A DNA stretch of 64,000 nt, taken from Bacteroidota bacterium. Its GTDB lineage: Bacteria > Bacteroidota > Bacteroidia > Bacteroidales > CAIWKO01. Shown here piece by piece: positions 1-8,703 of the stretch (the first letter of the stretch is position 1; each line of letters begins with the position of its first letter). The notes beneath the pieces were generated by a model. It had not been told where the DNA came from and did no database searches. It worked only from the letters and a program-made list of their open reading frames with translations. Both the position numbers and the translations under genes were made by a program. The DNA lies in assembly GCA_037133915.1 (NCBI GenBank), contig JBAXND010000006.1, positions 31,832 through 95,831 on the forward strand, in the 5' to 3' direction.

Positions 1-1
1 T

Positions 2-91
2 TGTTTAATATCTAAGCCGATTAGTATTTTGGCAGTCCAAAATGAGAACGCTTTTTTCGACACATTCTATAAAAGCATTACCCGCTTCTGA
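2..91 (+). CDS. 3' end of an ORF running off the left window edge; product unknown (position would suit the ATP-grasp partner of the downstream SPASM maturase)
   Basis: Frame 2 is open from the edge to TGA at 89-91 (...ILAVQNENAFFDTFYKSITRF*). The stop lies 2 nt before the ATG at 94, which is operon-like spacing. Confidence 0.3.
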   Translation, partial: CLISKPISILAVQNENAFFDTFYKSITRF

Positions 92-93
92 AG

Positions 94-1161
94 ATGATTG
101 AACTTGACAAATATTTTCACTTATTCTCATGTTGCCTTCCTGTAAAAGGAAGCTGCCGATCAGCTATTGTTGATTTACAAAGACATCAATTTCATTGTAT
201 TCCCAATGAACTTTATGCAATAGTCACAGAGTCCAATTCCGCTACTGTCAAAGAAACAACCGACCGGCTAAAGGAGTGCGATCGTCAAGTTGTACTTGAA
301 TACTTTGATTATCTGATTGAACAGGACCTCGGCGTGCTACTTAAATCTTATGAAATTGAACTTTTTCCGAAATTAAACCTGCAATGGGATTTTCCCTCAG
401 AGATCAGTAATGCAGTCGTTGAGATATCGTCTTGCTTTGGTGAATACATAAAGAAAATAATTACGCAGATTGACACGTTGAACTGTTTTTTTATTCAATT
501 TATTTTTTACAAACCCGTTACACGACAAGAGTTGGGAAAAATACTTGAAATGTGTAATTGTACATCTGTTCGTTCTATTCAGCTTAACATGCCATTTTCA
601 AGTTTGGCAGGAGAGTCGGATTATATTGCCCTATGCAAAGGTTTTCACAAGATTGCTAAAATAGAATGTTTTGACAGTCCAATAGATAAAGTTGAAAATG
701 TTTATGGCGAGATCGGGAAAATAATCTATTATTCAAAGACAATTCAATCTTCAAGGAGTTGCGGAGTAGTGGATATCGCGTATTTCCCAAACAATATAAG
801 CCACTTCACCGAATCCCAACATCACAACACCTGCCTGAACCGAAAGGTGTGTATTGATATAAACGGCGATATTAAAAATTGCCCGGCCATGAGCCGAAGT
901 TTCGGCAATATCAGAGATACTTCTATAGCCCAAGCCATTGCAAAGCCCGGTTTCAAAGACTTGTGGAACATCCGAAAAGATGATATTGAGGTTTGCAAAG
1001 ATTGTGAATTCCGCCATATGTGTACCGACTGCCGTGCATTTATTAAAGAGCCAAATAATATCTATTCGCAGCCGGCCAAATGCACTTACAACCCGTATAT
1101 CGCCAAATGGCAGGGAGAGGAAGGATATATAAGCATAGAGGATATGACTGCCCGAGAATGA
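94..1161 (+). CDS. SPASM-domain peptide maturase-like protein, paralog A (grasp-with-SPASM type, no CxxxCxxC motif)
   Basis: 355-aa ORF. The C-terminus carries CLNRKVC-IDINGDIKNC, then C-x2-C-x5-C-x2-C (CKDCEFRHMCTDC), then KC, which fits the SPASM/twitch Cys pattern. The N-terminus has only CC-x6-C. Confidence 0.7.
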   Translation: MIELDKYFHLFSCCLPVKGSCRSAIVDLQRHQFHCIPNELYAIVTESNSATVKETTDRLKECDRQVVLEYFDYLIEQDLGVLLKSYEIELFPKLNLQWDFPSEISNAVVEISSCFGEYIKKIITQIDTLNCFFIQFIFYKPVTRQELGKILEMCNCTSVRSIQLNMPFSSLAGESDYIALCKGFHKIAKIECFDSPIDKVENVYGEIGKIIYYSKTIQSSRSCGVVDIAYFPNNISHFTESQHHNTCLNRKVCIDINGDIKNCPAMSRSFGNIRDTSIAQAIAKPGFKDLWNIRKDDIEVCKDCEFRHMCTDCRAFIKEPNNIYSQPAKCTYNPYIAKWQGEEGYISIEDMTARE

Positions 1162-1173
1162 GAGAAAATGATT
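804..1173 (+). repeat. Direct repeat copy 1 (3' third of SPASM gene A plus 12 nt past the stop)
   Basis: Aligns to 3174-3543 at a fixed offset of 2370. 804-997 is identical (194 nt), 998-1092 has 22 mismatches by my count, and 1093-1173 is identical except at 1147. Confidence 0.9.
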
Positions 1174-1202
1174 TCTCCACATGGATCTCTTTACTAAAGA
1201 CA

Positions 1203-2267
1203 ATGAAACATCTTACTAAAAAAGTTGTCGCGGTTTTAATATTACTTGGCGCCTCAATATGGGGTTACAGCCAGAACCTTGTTGTTAATTGCGGATTTGA
1301 GAAATGTGCGCATTGTCCTACGTATTGGAAACAAATGAGCATTGTTCCCGGTTGGAGCCATTCCAACAGCCTTACAAACTACCATAGTTTGTGCAATAAT
1401 AATTTCTCTTTCGATGAAAAATGGAAAGCCAAGCCTCATGAGGGTAAAGCGGCCGCAGGCTTTCACTACGAAAGCGGGCTCATCGGTACATTGATACAGC
1501 CGTTGGAAAAAGACACGCTTTACAAGGTAAGTGCCTACTTTTATTCCGTATTTACAAATCCTTGTAATATTAATGTTTTAGGCGTTGTTTTCCGTGATTC
1601 GACCCAACGCTATCCTGTCGAATTGCAAAATAAATATATCGGGAACGGGCAAACGACACCATACTATTTTATTTACCCCGATGGCGTTTTCAATGAAAAA
1701 AACTATGATAGAAATAGACCGGAATGGCACCGGTTAACAAGCTATTTTAAAGCAAAAGGGGGTGAGCAAGAACTATTTCTAGGTTGCTTCCAAAAATATT
1801 TTTTGATTACGCCTGATAGAGACACAATATTTTATGATTTGGGCACTAAAAAATGTGAAGGCTATTTTGATTATTTTTTAGTTGATGATGTCGTTGTAGA
1901 GAAATACCATGACACTATTGCGCAGGATCGTCCTCTGGTACTTGAAAATATTTATTTCGAATCCAATAAATTCGAGCTTCTGCCTGCTTCGTTTGTCGCA
2001 TTGGATAACCTCACCGATTATCTTCTGTTACACACAGAATGCAGAATTGAAATTTTCGGACACACGGATAACGTTGGTGAAGATGTTGCAAACATCAGTC
2101 TATCATTGAAAAGAGCGACTTCGGTAAAACGCTATTTGGTCGGCGGAGGCGTTGCTGAAAGTAGAATAAGCGCAATGGGATTCGGCTCAACCAAACCCCT
2201 TGCCGAAAACGAAACCGAAGCAGGTCGTCAGAAAAACCGTCGAATTGAAATAAAACTTTCAAGATGA
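1203..2267 (+). CDS. OmpA-family protein with signal peptide and N-terminal beta-rich domain
   Basis: The internal ATG at 1203 gives MKHLTKKVVAVLILLGASIWGYSQ, a signal peptide. The C-terminus has OmpA_C motifs: FESNKFEL, GHTDNVG, SLKRA, NRRIEI. Confidence 0.85.
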   Translation: MKHLTKKVVAVLILLGASIWGYSQNLVVNCGFEKCAHCPTYWKQMSIVPGWSHSNSLTNYHSLCNNNFSFDEKWKAKPHEGKAAAGFHYESGLIGTLIQPLEKDTLYKVSAYFYSVFTNPCNINVLGVVFRDSTQRYPVELQNKYIGNGQTTPYYFIYPDGVFNEKNYDRNRPEWHRLTSYFKAKGGEQELFLGCFQKYFLITPDRDTIFYDLGTKKCEGYFDYFLVDDVVVEKYHDTIAQDRPLVLENIYFESNKFELLPASFVALDNLTDYLLLHTECRIEIFGHTDNVGEDVANISLSLKRATSVKRYLVGGGVAESRISAMGFGSTKPLAENETEAGRQKNRRIEIKLSR

Positions 2268-2461
2268 AAGACTACAATCAGCGTTTTCAGGAAAAATTCA
2301 AATACAACAATTTGCCTGTTTATGCGGCTTATTGGACTATGGCACTAAAAGTCAAGTATCAAAAATCGCATGTAAATTTCTTTCACCAACCATCAAAGGT
2401 CCATAATACCCGAAAACACCTTTGCACCGGGTTTTATAAACCGATTACGAAAACGCTTTGA
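2264..2461 (+). pseudogene. Small 65-aa ORF, probably a decayed 3' remnant of the gene that precedes SPASM paralog A
   Basis: Its end (...TGFYKPITKTL*) and DNA (ttttataaaccgattac...cgctttgaa) resemble the end of the ORF at 2-91 (...DTFYKSITRF*; ttctataaaagcattac...cgcttctgaa). It sits at the same position relative to the downstream SPASM ATG. Confidence 0.3.
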
Positions 2462-2463
2462 AA

Positions 2464-3531
2464 ATGTCCAGTTTGAAATATCAATTGAATGATATCTTCG
2501 TGATGTTTGCGAATTGTATTCCGGTAAAAGGATACAAGCGCAGCATTATCTATAATCTTCAATATTCGGATTACCTGCCTGTACCGAACAGTATGATTGG
2601 GTTCGTGGAAATGCTTTCAAAAATGACAATTGAAGATGTTTTGCGCCACTTTAAAAATGACCATGAAACAGCCCTTTCATATCTTGAATTCCTCATCAAC
2701 AATGGGTTAGGACAAATTATTGACGGCCGGTATAGAAAACATTTTACGCCAATGTCAATGTCGTTTCATACCCCGTCATCGATTACAAATGCCGTAATTG
2801 ATATTAAAGATGACTTCTACATCAATAAAAAAATTATCGATGAACTATCCGTCCTGAATTCACACACTCTGCAGATAAGGTGTTTCCATGACTTTAACAT
2901 GAAAATGATTGAGCGTATCTTAAACATGGTAAACAGCACATCAATATTTAACATTCAGATTTTTATTACCGAAAATACACAGATTAGTAAACCTGAAATC
3001 GACCGTTTATTGAGTCGCAATCCCCGAATTGAAAAGCTGATTGTTTTCAATTCAAAAAGAAAGAACAATAAAAGTCCGGCATTTCGCAACTTTTGTCATT
3101 TCGTTGAAACAGCTCTAACGCCAAACGATTGCGGAAAGATTTCACCTGCATATTTCATCACTTCAATTTCCCTCTTCACCGAATCCCAACATCACAACAC
3201 CTGCCTGAACCGAAAGGTGTGTATTGATATAAACGGCGATATTAAAAATTGCCCGGCCATGAGCCGAAGTTTCGGCAATATCAGAGATACTTCTATAGCC
3301 CAAGCCATTGCAAAGCCCGGTTTCAAAGACTTGTGGAACATCCGAAAAGATGATATTGAGGTTTGCAGAGATTGCGAATTCCGCTATATGTGTACTGACT
3401 GCCGGACGTTTATAAAAGACGAAAAAAACATTTACTCACAGCCATCAAAATGTACCTACAATCCGTATATCGCCAAATGGCAGGGAGAGGAAGGATATAT
3501 AAGCATAGAGGATATGCCTGCCCGAGAATGA
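2464..3531 (+). CDS. SPASM-domain peptide maturase-like protein, paralog B
   Basis: ATG at 2464 (the ORF track starts at TTG 2458). It has the same 1068-nt length as paralog A. The C-terminal 120 aa are nearly identical to A, the N-terminal 235 aa are strongly diverged, and only one Cys occupies the N-terminal motif region (FANCIPVKGYKRS). Confidence 0.7.
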   Translation: MSSLKYQLNDIFVMFANCIPVKGYKRSIIYNLQYSDYLPVPNSMIGFVEMLSKMTIEDVLRHFKNDHETALSYLEFLINNGLGQIIDGRYRKHFTPMSMSFHTPSSITNAVIDIKDDFYINKKIIDELSVLNSHTLQIRCFHDFNMKMIERILNMVNSTSIFNIQIFITENTQISKPEIDRLLSRNPRIEKLIVFNSKRKNNKSPAFRNFCHFVETALTPNDCGKISPAYFITSISLFTESQHHNTCLNRKVCIDINGDIKNCPAMSRSFGNIRDTSIAQAIAKPGFKDLWNIRKDDIEVCRDCEFRYMCTDCRTFIKDEKNIYSQPSKCTYNPYIAKWQGEEGYISIEDMPARE

Positions 3532-3543
3532 GAGAAAATGATT
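3174..3543 (+). repeat. Direct repeat copy 2 (3' third of SPASM gene B plus 12 nt past the stop)
   Basis: See copy 1; fixed offset of 2370 nt. Confidence 0.9.
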
Positions 3544-3695
3544 CATTGGAAATGTAATATTTCGACAAGCTCAATGTCCCCAGAATCAATTACTAAAATC
3601 TCAATGATTCTTTTTTACTCGTGTCCAAAAAACAGCAAAAAACGGACACGTTCTGTATATCGTACCATTTTTTTACAAAGCCATTTTAATATTAT

Positions 3696-4532
3696 TCAGA
3701 TGGAACGGGCTTTCCAGCCATCGGCAGTGAATATCATCACGTTTGTGTAACCAATATCTTTCAACAGCTGCCGGGTTTCTGAAAACTGCTGAGAGATATC
3801 TTCAGGCTTGTGGGCATCGGAATTTATGGTAACAGGAATATTCAGAGAATGACATTGTTCCAGCACATTTACCGAAGGATAAAGTCCGTTGTATTTTTTT
3901 GTGTAAATGCCGCGCGTATTCACTTCTACAATGCATCCTGTTTCGGCAATTACACGCAGTGTTTTTTTTATCAGGGCTTTGTACCAGGTATCTTCTTCGG
4001 TAAAATACCTGCCCTTATTGTTCATTTTTATTTTATCGAAATGGGCAATGATATCAGGTTTTTCGGTGTAAAGCATCTCCATCACCTGTCTGAAATAGGC
4101 TTCAACACCCGATTGTATATCGCCTTTAAAAACTTTTTCAAGTCCCTTATCAAAATTCGTGACCGGTCCGTCGATGAACCACAATCCGGGCAAACCTTTT
4201 TTAGAAACAAGATGCACTGCACCGATTATGTAGTCAAGCCCGCATGAATTCTTAAGCCGCGCAAACGGAAAAGAAGCGCCCGGAATATAGTCGGCTTCAA
4301 GCGCCAGTAAAACATTCAGGCGACCGGCATATTCCTCTTTCAGTTTTTTTATGGTGTCGCAATAGGTCGGAAGGTTGGCATAACTGAGACTCCAGGCATT
4401 ATCAAACGGCACGGGCGCATGCGACGAAAATCCGAGCGTATGAAATCCCTGACGAACAGCCTCTGCGGCATATTCATCAGGTGCACCATGTCCGTCGCAA
4501 AAACTACTGTGTGTATGATAATTGGTGAGCAT
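3696..4532 (-). CDS. Histidinol-phosphatase, PHP family (HisJ/HisK type)
   Basis: The N-terminus NYHTHSSFCDGHG and the later SSHAP and DAH motifs are typical of PHP-domain histidinol phosphatases. Confidence 0.75.
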   Translation of the reverse strand: MLTNYHTHSSFCDGHGAPDEYAAEAVRQGFHTLGFSSHAPVPFDNAWSLSYANLPTYCDTIKKLKEEYAGRLNVLLALEADYIPGASFPFARLKNSCGLDYIIGAVHLVSKKGLPGLWFIDGPVTNFDKGLEKVFKGDIQSGVEAYFRQVMEMLYTEKPDIIAHFDKIKMNNKGRYFTEEDTWYKALIKKTLRVIAETGCIVEVNTRGIYTKKYNGLYPSVNVLEQCHSLNIPVTINSDAHKPEDISQQFSETRQLLKDIGYTNVMIFTADGWKARSI

Positions 4533-4613
4533 CCGGTATTTTTAAATTCGTCATACAAAAGTACATGATTTGAAGGGTTTTTATCCGTCTAAAAAGTTAA
4601 CTTTATTTTTTTG

Positions 4614-4621
4614 TACTTTTG
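4614..4621 (+). promoter_or_regulatory. Bacteroidota -7 box (TACTTTTG) directly upstream of glyQS
   Basis: Matches TAnnTTTG and ends 4 nt before the ATG at 4626. Confidence 0.35.
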
Positions 4622-4625
4622 CGCC

Positions 4626-6155
4626 ATGGCAAACAACGAAGAATTATTCCGCAAAATTATTGCACACGCCAAGGAGTACGGTTTTGTATTCCCTTCGAGC
4701 GAGATATACGATGGCCTCAGCGCTGTTTACGATTACGGCCAGATGGGCGTGGAACTGAAAAACAACATCAAAAATTACTGGTGGAAATGGATGGTACAGT
4801 ACAACGAAAATATCGTGGGTATTGACTCTGCCATCTTTATGCACCCCACCATCTGGAAGGCATCAGGGCACGTTGACGCATTCAACGACCCGATGATAGA
4901 CAACAAAGACTCCAAGAAACGCTACCGCGCCGATGTGCTTGTTGAAGATTATATCGCCAAAATCGAAGATAAAATAAACAAAGAAGTATCAAAAGCCGCA
5001 CAGCGTTTTGGCGAAACCTTCGACGAAAAGATGTACCGCGAAACTAACCCCCGCGTGGTGGAATACCTCAATAAAATAAAAGATATCAATACCCGCTTTT
5101 ACGATTTACTCGGGAAGAATGATTTGGTGGGCGTACGCGCTATTATAGAAGAACTCGGTATTGTATGTCCTGTTTCGGGTAGTAAAAACTGGACCGAAGT
5201 CCGTCAGTTCAACCTGATGTTCAGTACACAGATGGGCTCCGTAACGGAAGATTCGAATCAGTTGTACCTGAGGCCGGAAACAGCACAGGGCATTTTTGTG
5301 AATTATCTGAATGTGCAGAAAACCGGACGTATGAAAATACCTTTCGGTATTGCACAAATAGGAAAAGCTTTCCGCAATGAAATTGTAGCACGTCAGTTTA
5401 TTTTCCGCATGCGCGAATTCGAACAGATGGAAATGCAGTATTTTGTAAAACCGGGCGAAGAACTTCAATGGTATGAATACTGGAAAGAACAGCGCATGAA
5501 ATGGCACCTTTCACTGGGTATGCCTGCTGAAAAATTCCGTTTTCATACACACGAAAAACTGGCACATTATGCCAATGCGGCTGCAGATATTGAATTTGAA
5601 TTCCCTTTCGGATTCAAGGAACTGGAAGGCATTCATTCGCGCACCGACTTCGATCTGGGCGCACATCAGAAATTTTCAGGCAAGAAACTACAGTTCTTCA
5701 ACACCGAAACAAACGAGAGCTATGTGCCTTACGTAGTAGAAACGTCCATTGGGGTTGACCGTACCTTCCTTGCCGTACTGAGCAATGCCTATAAAGAAGA
5801 AACGCTGGATGACGGTTCAATTCGCGAAGTGCTGAACATTCCGCCCATACTGGCTCCTGTTAAAGCCGCCGTTTTGCCTTTGATTAAGAAGGACGGGCTT
5901 CCGGAAAAGGCGCGCGAGATCATGGATCATCTGAAACTGGATTATATGTGCCAGTACGATGAGAAAGATGCGATTGGTCGCCGTTACCGCAGGCAGGATG
6001 CCATTGGCACTCCATACTGCATTACCATCGATCACGAGACACTCACAAACAATACCGTTACCATTAGGGAACGCGACAGCATGAAGCAGGACCGCATTCC
6101 TATTGAACGCGTATCGGGCGTTATCGCCGACAGGCTGAAACCCATCGCAGTGTAA
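4626..6155 (+). CDS. glyQS: Glycine--tRNA ligase (class II, alpha2 type)
   Basis: MANNEELFRKIIAHAKEYGFVFPSSEIYDGLSAVYDYGQMG, plus FRNEI, RxxEFEQMEMQYF and GVDR motifs. Confidence 0.95.
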   Translation: MANNEELFRKIIAHAKEYGFVFPSSEIYDGLSAVYDYGQMGVELKNNIKNYWWKWMVQYNENIVGIDSAIFMHPTIWKASGHVDAFNDPMIDNKDSKKRYRADVLVEDYIAKIEDKINKEVSKAAQRFGETFDEKMYRETNPRVVEYLNKIKDINTRFYDLLGKNDLVGVRAIIEELGIVCPVSGSKNWTEVRQFNLMFSTQMGSVTEDSNQLYLRPETAQGIFVNYLNVQKTGRMKIPFGIAQIGKAFRNEIVARQFIFRMREFEQMEMQYFVKPGEELQWYEYWKEQRMKWHLSLGMPAEKFRFHTHEKLAHYANAAADIEFEFPFGFKELEGIHSRTDFDLGAHQKFSGKKLQFFNTETNESYVPYVVETSIGVDRTFLAVLSNAYKEETLDDGSIREVLNIPPILAPVKAAVLPLIKKDGLPEKAREIMDHLKLDYMCQYDEKDAIGRRYRRQDAIGTPYCITIDHETLTNNTVTIRERDSMKQDRIPIERVSGVIADRLKPIAV

Positions 6156-6164
6156 GTTGATTTG

Positions 6165-7142
6165 TTAAACTTCGCGGCGGCGTAATTTACCTGCCATAAT
6201 ACGGAGTTGCTCCTTGTTCTCATCAGGAATGGCTATTGCATCGAGATCCTGAAGAGACTGGTGGTAATATTTCTCTATTTCATTTTCGGTAAGCTCGCGG
6301 ATGCCGAGCTTATCATAGATTCCTTTGATGGTCGAAAACTTGGAAGCGGCATCGACCGACGCGGCATTGGTGAAATGATATTTGATGGCACTCAGGGTTT
6401 CGCCCCTTGCTATTTCGCGTGCTTTCAGATACAGGAAGGTCTTTTTATTCTCGGCAATATCCCCGCCTATTTTTTTCCCGAATTTTTCTTCTTCGCCATA
6501 GGTATCAAGCAGGTCGTCCATTAACTGGAATGCGATACCGAAATTCCGTCCAAAGTTGAACGCGTGCATCGCATCGGCTTCCGGGGCATTTCCGATGATA
6601 GCGCCAATTTTAAGACTGGCGGCGGTAAGCGCTGCCGTTTTCAGCATTATCATTTCAAGATAATCATCGATTGAAATATCTTCATGACGTTCAAAGTTCA
6701 TATCAAACTGCTGTCCTTCACAAACAGCAATAGCAGTCTGGGTAAACACTTCCATTACTTTTTTAAGATGAACTTCATCAACGTTCAGTAAAAATTCATA
6801 CGCTTTGGCCAACATGGTATCGCCGCTGAGTATCGCAATGTTTGAATTCCATTTTTTAAAAACCGTAGGTTTTCCGCGCCTCAGCGGAGCATTGTCCATG
6901 ATATCATCGTGAATCAGTGTGAAATTATGAAAAATCTCCAGCCCAATGGCTGCGGGCATGGCTTTATTCACATCGCCTCCGAACATATTGCATGACAGCA
7001 GCGCCATTACAGGCCGCAGGTGCTTCCCACCCAGATTCAGAGTATACGAAATAGGGTCGTACAATTCGGAAGGCCGGGCATCAAACCGTATGAGTTCAAG
7101 TTCGTGTTTGAATTTATTCTGAAGAAAGTCTGCTGTAAGCAT
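6165..7142 (-). CDS. Polyprenyl diphosphate synthase family protein
   Basis: First and second Asp-rich motifs: LIHDDIMDN and FQLMDDLLD. Confidence 0.9.
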   Translation of the reverse strand: MLTADFLQNKFKHELELIRFDARPSELYDPISYTLNLGGKHLRPVMALLSCNMFGGDVNKAMPAAIGLEIFHNFTLIHDDIMDNAPLRRGKPTVFKKWNSNIAILSGDTMLAKAYEFLLNVDEVHLKKVMEVFTQTAIAVCEGQQFDMNFERHEDISIDDYLEMIMLKTAALTAASLKIGAIIGNAPEADAMHAFNFGRNFGIAFQLMDDLLDTYGEEEKFGKKIGGDIAENKKTFLYLKAREIARGETLSAIKYHFTNAASVDAASKFSTIKGIYDKLGIRELTENEIEKYYHQSLQDLDAIAIPDENKEQLRIMAGKLRRREV

Positions 7143-7257
7143 TTTAGTATGAAATTAAATTTCCGGATGTGTTCGTTACGATAACTTTGATTTAGCTAAA
7201 ATACACAAAAACCCGCGCTTTTGTTACCTTGAATACTATGCAATCCGTCAGTAATTA

Positions 7258-7292
7258 TAAATCCTTTCTCCGATTGCCGGAAAAAGGATTTA
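7258..7292 (-). terminator. Strong hairpin 23 nt downstream of the ackA stop (no clear U-tract)
   Basis: taaatcctttctccg / cggaaaaaggattta forms 14 bp with one mismatch and a 5-nt loop. Confidence 0.45.
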
Positions 7293-7314
7293 TACAAAAG
7301 GCGATACCTGAATT

Positions 7315-8529
7315 TTAATTCTGCTGTTTCAGGCAAATTGTTTTCATTGCCTCTATGGCGATAACCAGTTCTTCATTGGTAGTAACCACCATCACGGTAA
7401 CTTTAGATCCGGGCTTGGTTAGCACAAGGTCGGAGCAACGTATGCCTTTGTTTTTTTCAAAGTCGAAGTCAATGCCGAGGAATTCGAGTCCCTTTATCGC
7501 GCCTTCACGTGTAGTGTCTGCATTTTCTCCAATGCCGCCGGTAAAAATAATAAGGTCCACACCACCCATGGCTGCAGCATAGGCACCAATATATTTTTTA
7601 ACCCTGTAATCGTACATATCAAGGGCAAGTCTTGCTCTTTTGTGTCCTGCGGCCGCTTTTTCTTCAACATCTCTCATATCGGACGAGACGCCTGATATTC
7701 CGGCAACGCCGCTTTTCTTATTTACGAGATCGCTGCCTTGCTTAATGTTAAGACCTTCTTTTTCAAGTATGTATGTGAATGCGCCCAAATCAAGATCTCC
7801 GCAACGTGTTCCCATTATCAGACCTTCAACGGGCGTAAGTCCCATAGAAGTATCATATGATTTTCCGTTTTTGATGGCGGCAATAGAAGCACCATTACCC
7901 AAATGGCAGGTAATGATTTTCAGGTCTTCCATTTTTTTGCCGAGCATTTTGCAGGCTTTTTTGGCAACATAGCCATGGCTTGTACCATGAAATCCATAGC
8001 GTCTTACTCTGTGCTTTTCATAAAGCTCATACGGCACGGCATACAGATAGGCATGTTCGGGCATTGTTTGGTGAAAAGCAGTATCAAATACCCCGCACTG
8101 AGTAACACTGGGCAGCAGTTTTTGTATGGCATAAATTCCCTTGAGATTGGCGGGATTGTGAAGAGGTGCAAGGTCAACACATTCTTCCATTTTATCAATT
8201 ACCTCCTGGGTAATTTCCACGCTTCCGCTAAATGTTTCGCCTCCGTGCACTACGCGGTGACCAACGGCATTGATATCTTCAACAGCCGTAATCACGCCAT
8301 ATTCAGGATCCATCAGCGTTTTGAGTATAAGATCGATTCCCACGGTATGATCGGGAACCTGAACTATTTTTTTAATTTTTTCTTTTCCTTTGGGCTGATG
8401 AACGAGCTCAGAATCGTTCAGGCCTACGCGGTCAACAAGACCTTTTGCAAGCAGGTCGGGCTCGGAGGTCATATCGAGCAACTGGTATTTTATCGAAGAA
8501 CTGCCACAGTTTAAAACAAGTACTTTCAT
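7315..8529 (-). CDS. ackA: Acetate kinase
   Basis: MKVLVLNCGSSSIKYQL from the internal ATG at 8529, plus HRVVHGG and GFHGTSH motifs. Confidence 0.95.
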   Translation of the reverse strand: MKVLVLNCGSSSIKYQLLDMTSEPDLLAKGLVDRVGLNDSELVHQPKGKEKIKKIVQVPDHTVGIDLILKTLMDPEYGVITAVEDINAVGHRVVHGGETFSGSVEITQEVIDKMEECVDLAPLHNPANLKGIYAIQKLLPSVTQCGVFDTAFHQTMPEHAYLYAVPYELYEKHRVRRYGFHGTSHGYVAKKACKMLGKKMEDLKIITCHLGNGASIAAIKNGKSYDTSMGLTPVEGLIMGTRCGDLDLGAFTYILEKEGLNIKQGSDLVNKKSGVAGISGVSSDMRDVEEKAAAGHKRARLALDMYDYRVKKYIGAYAAAMGGVDLIIFTGGIGENADTTREGAIKGLEFLGIDFDFEKNKGIRCSDLVLTKPGSKVTVMVVTTNEELVIAIEAMKTICLKQQN

Positions 8530-8556
8530 GGATATTGAGTTTTTAAAATAACGGCG

Positions 8557-8564
8557 CAAACCTA
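8557..8564 (-). promoter_or_regulatory. -7 box TAGGTTTG for ackA
   Basis: The reverse complement of caaaccta, 28 nt upstream of the ATG at 8529. Confidence 0.4.
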
Positions 8565-8680
8565 CGTGTTTTAATCGAATTTACAAACACTACAGGAAAA
8601 TTTTACGCGATTTCATCGAAGTCAAAAAATCAAAACGGATTTATCTGATATTTCTGTTGATTTCTGTGCCTGTTTTAGTG

Positions 8681-8688
8681 TAATTTTG
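8681..8688 (+). promoter_or_regulatory. -7 box TAATTTTG for the DUF4271-like gene
   Basis: Matches TAnnTTTG, 16 nt upstream of the ATG at 8704. It overlaps the TTG start of the ORF track, arguing for the 8704 start. Confidence 0.4.
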
Positions 8689-8703
8689 CAAACGCGATTC
8701 AAA

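Noticed and set aside
2264-2461. The 65-aa ORF as a RiPP precursor peptide for the SPASM maturase
   Set aside because: It has no Gly-Gly-type leader and no Cys/Ser/Thr- or Asp/Lys-rich core. Its 3' end instead resembles the tail of the gene upstream of paralog A, so a gene remnant is the better reading.
94-3543. The two SPASM genes as an assembly duplication artefact
   Set aside because: The 5' two-thirds of the copies are highly diverged and the intervening DNA is unique, so they are real paralogs. Only the identical tracts might need read-level confirmation.
3538-3750. 70-aa plus-strand ORF between the SPASM gene and the PHP phosphatase
   Set aside because: It lies in a convergent intergenic region and overlaps the 3' end of the phosphatase gene, with no motifs. 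The weak hairpin at 3620-3650 has a 17-nt loop and is not convincing as a terminator either.
4533-4625. T-box or other riboswitch leaders upstream of the aminoacyl-tRNA synthetase genes glyQS and ileS
   Set aside because: The glyQS upstream region is only ~90 nt with a promoter box abutting the ATG. I could recognise no specifier-loop or T-box sequence, nor any other known riboswitch core, at either gene.
7903-8514. 203-aa plus-strand ORF inside ackA. Similar long antisense ORFs occur at 22473-23108, 751-1203, 13525-13995, 38954-39460 and 42734-43204.
   Set aside because: These are shadow ORFs on the opposite strand of confidently identified genes, with no independent signals or family motifs.
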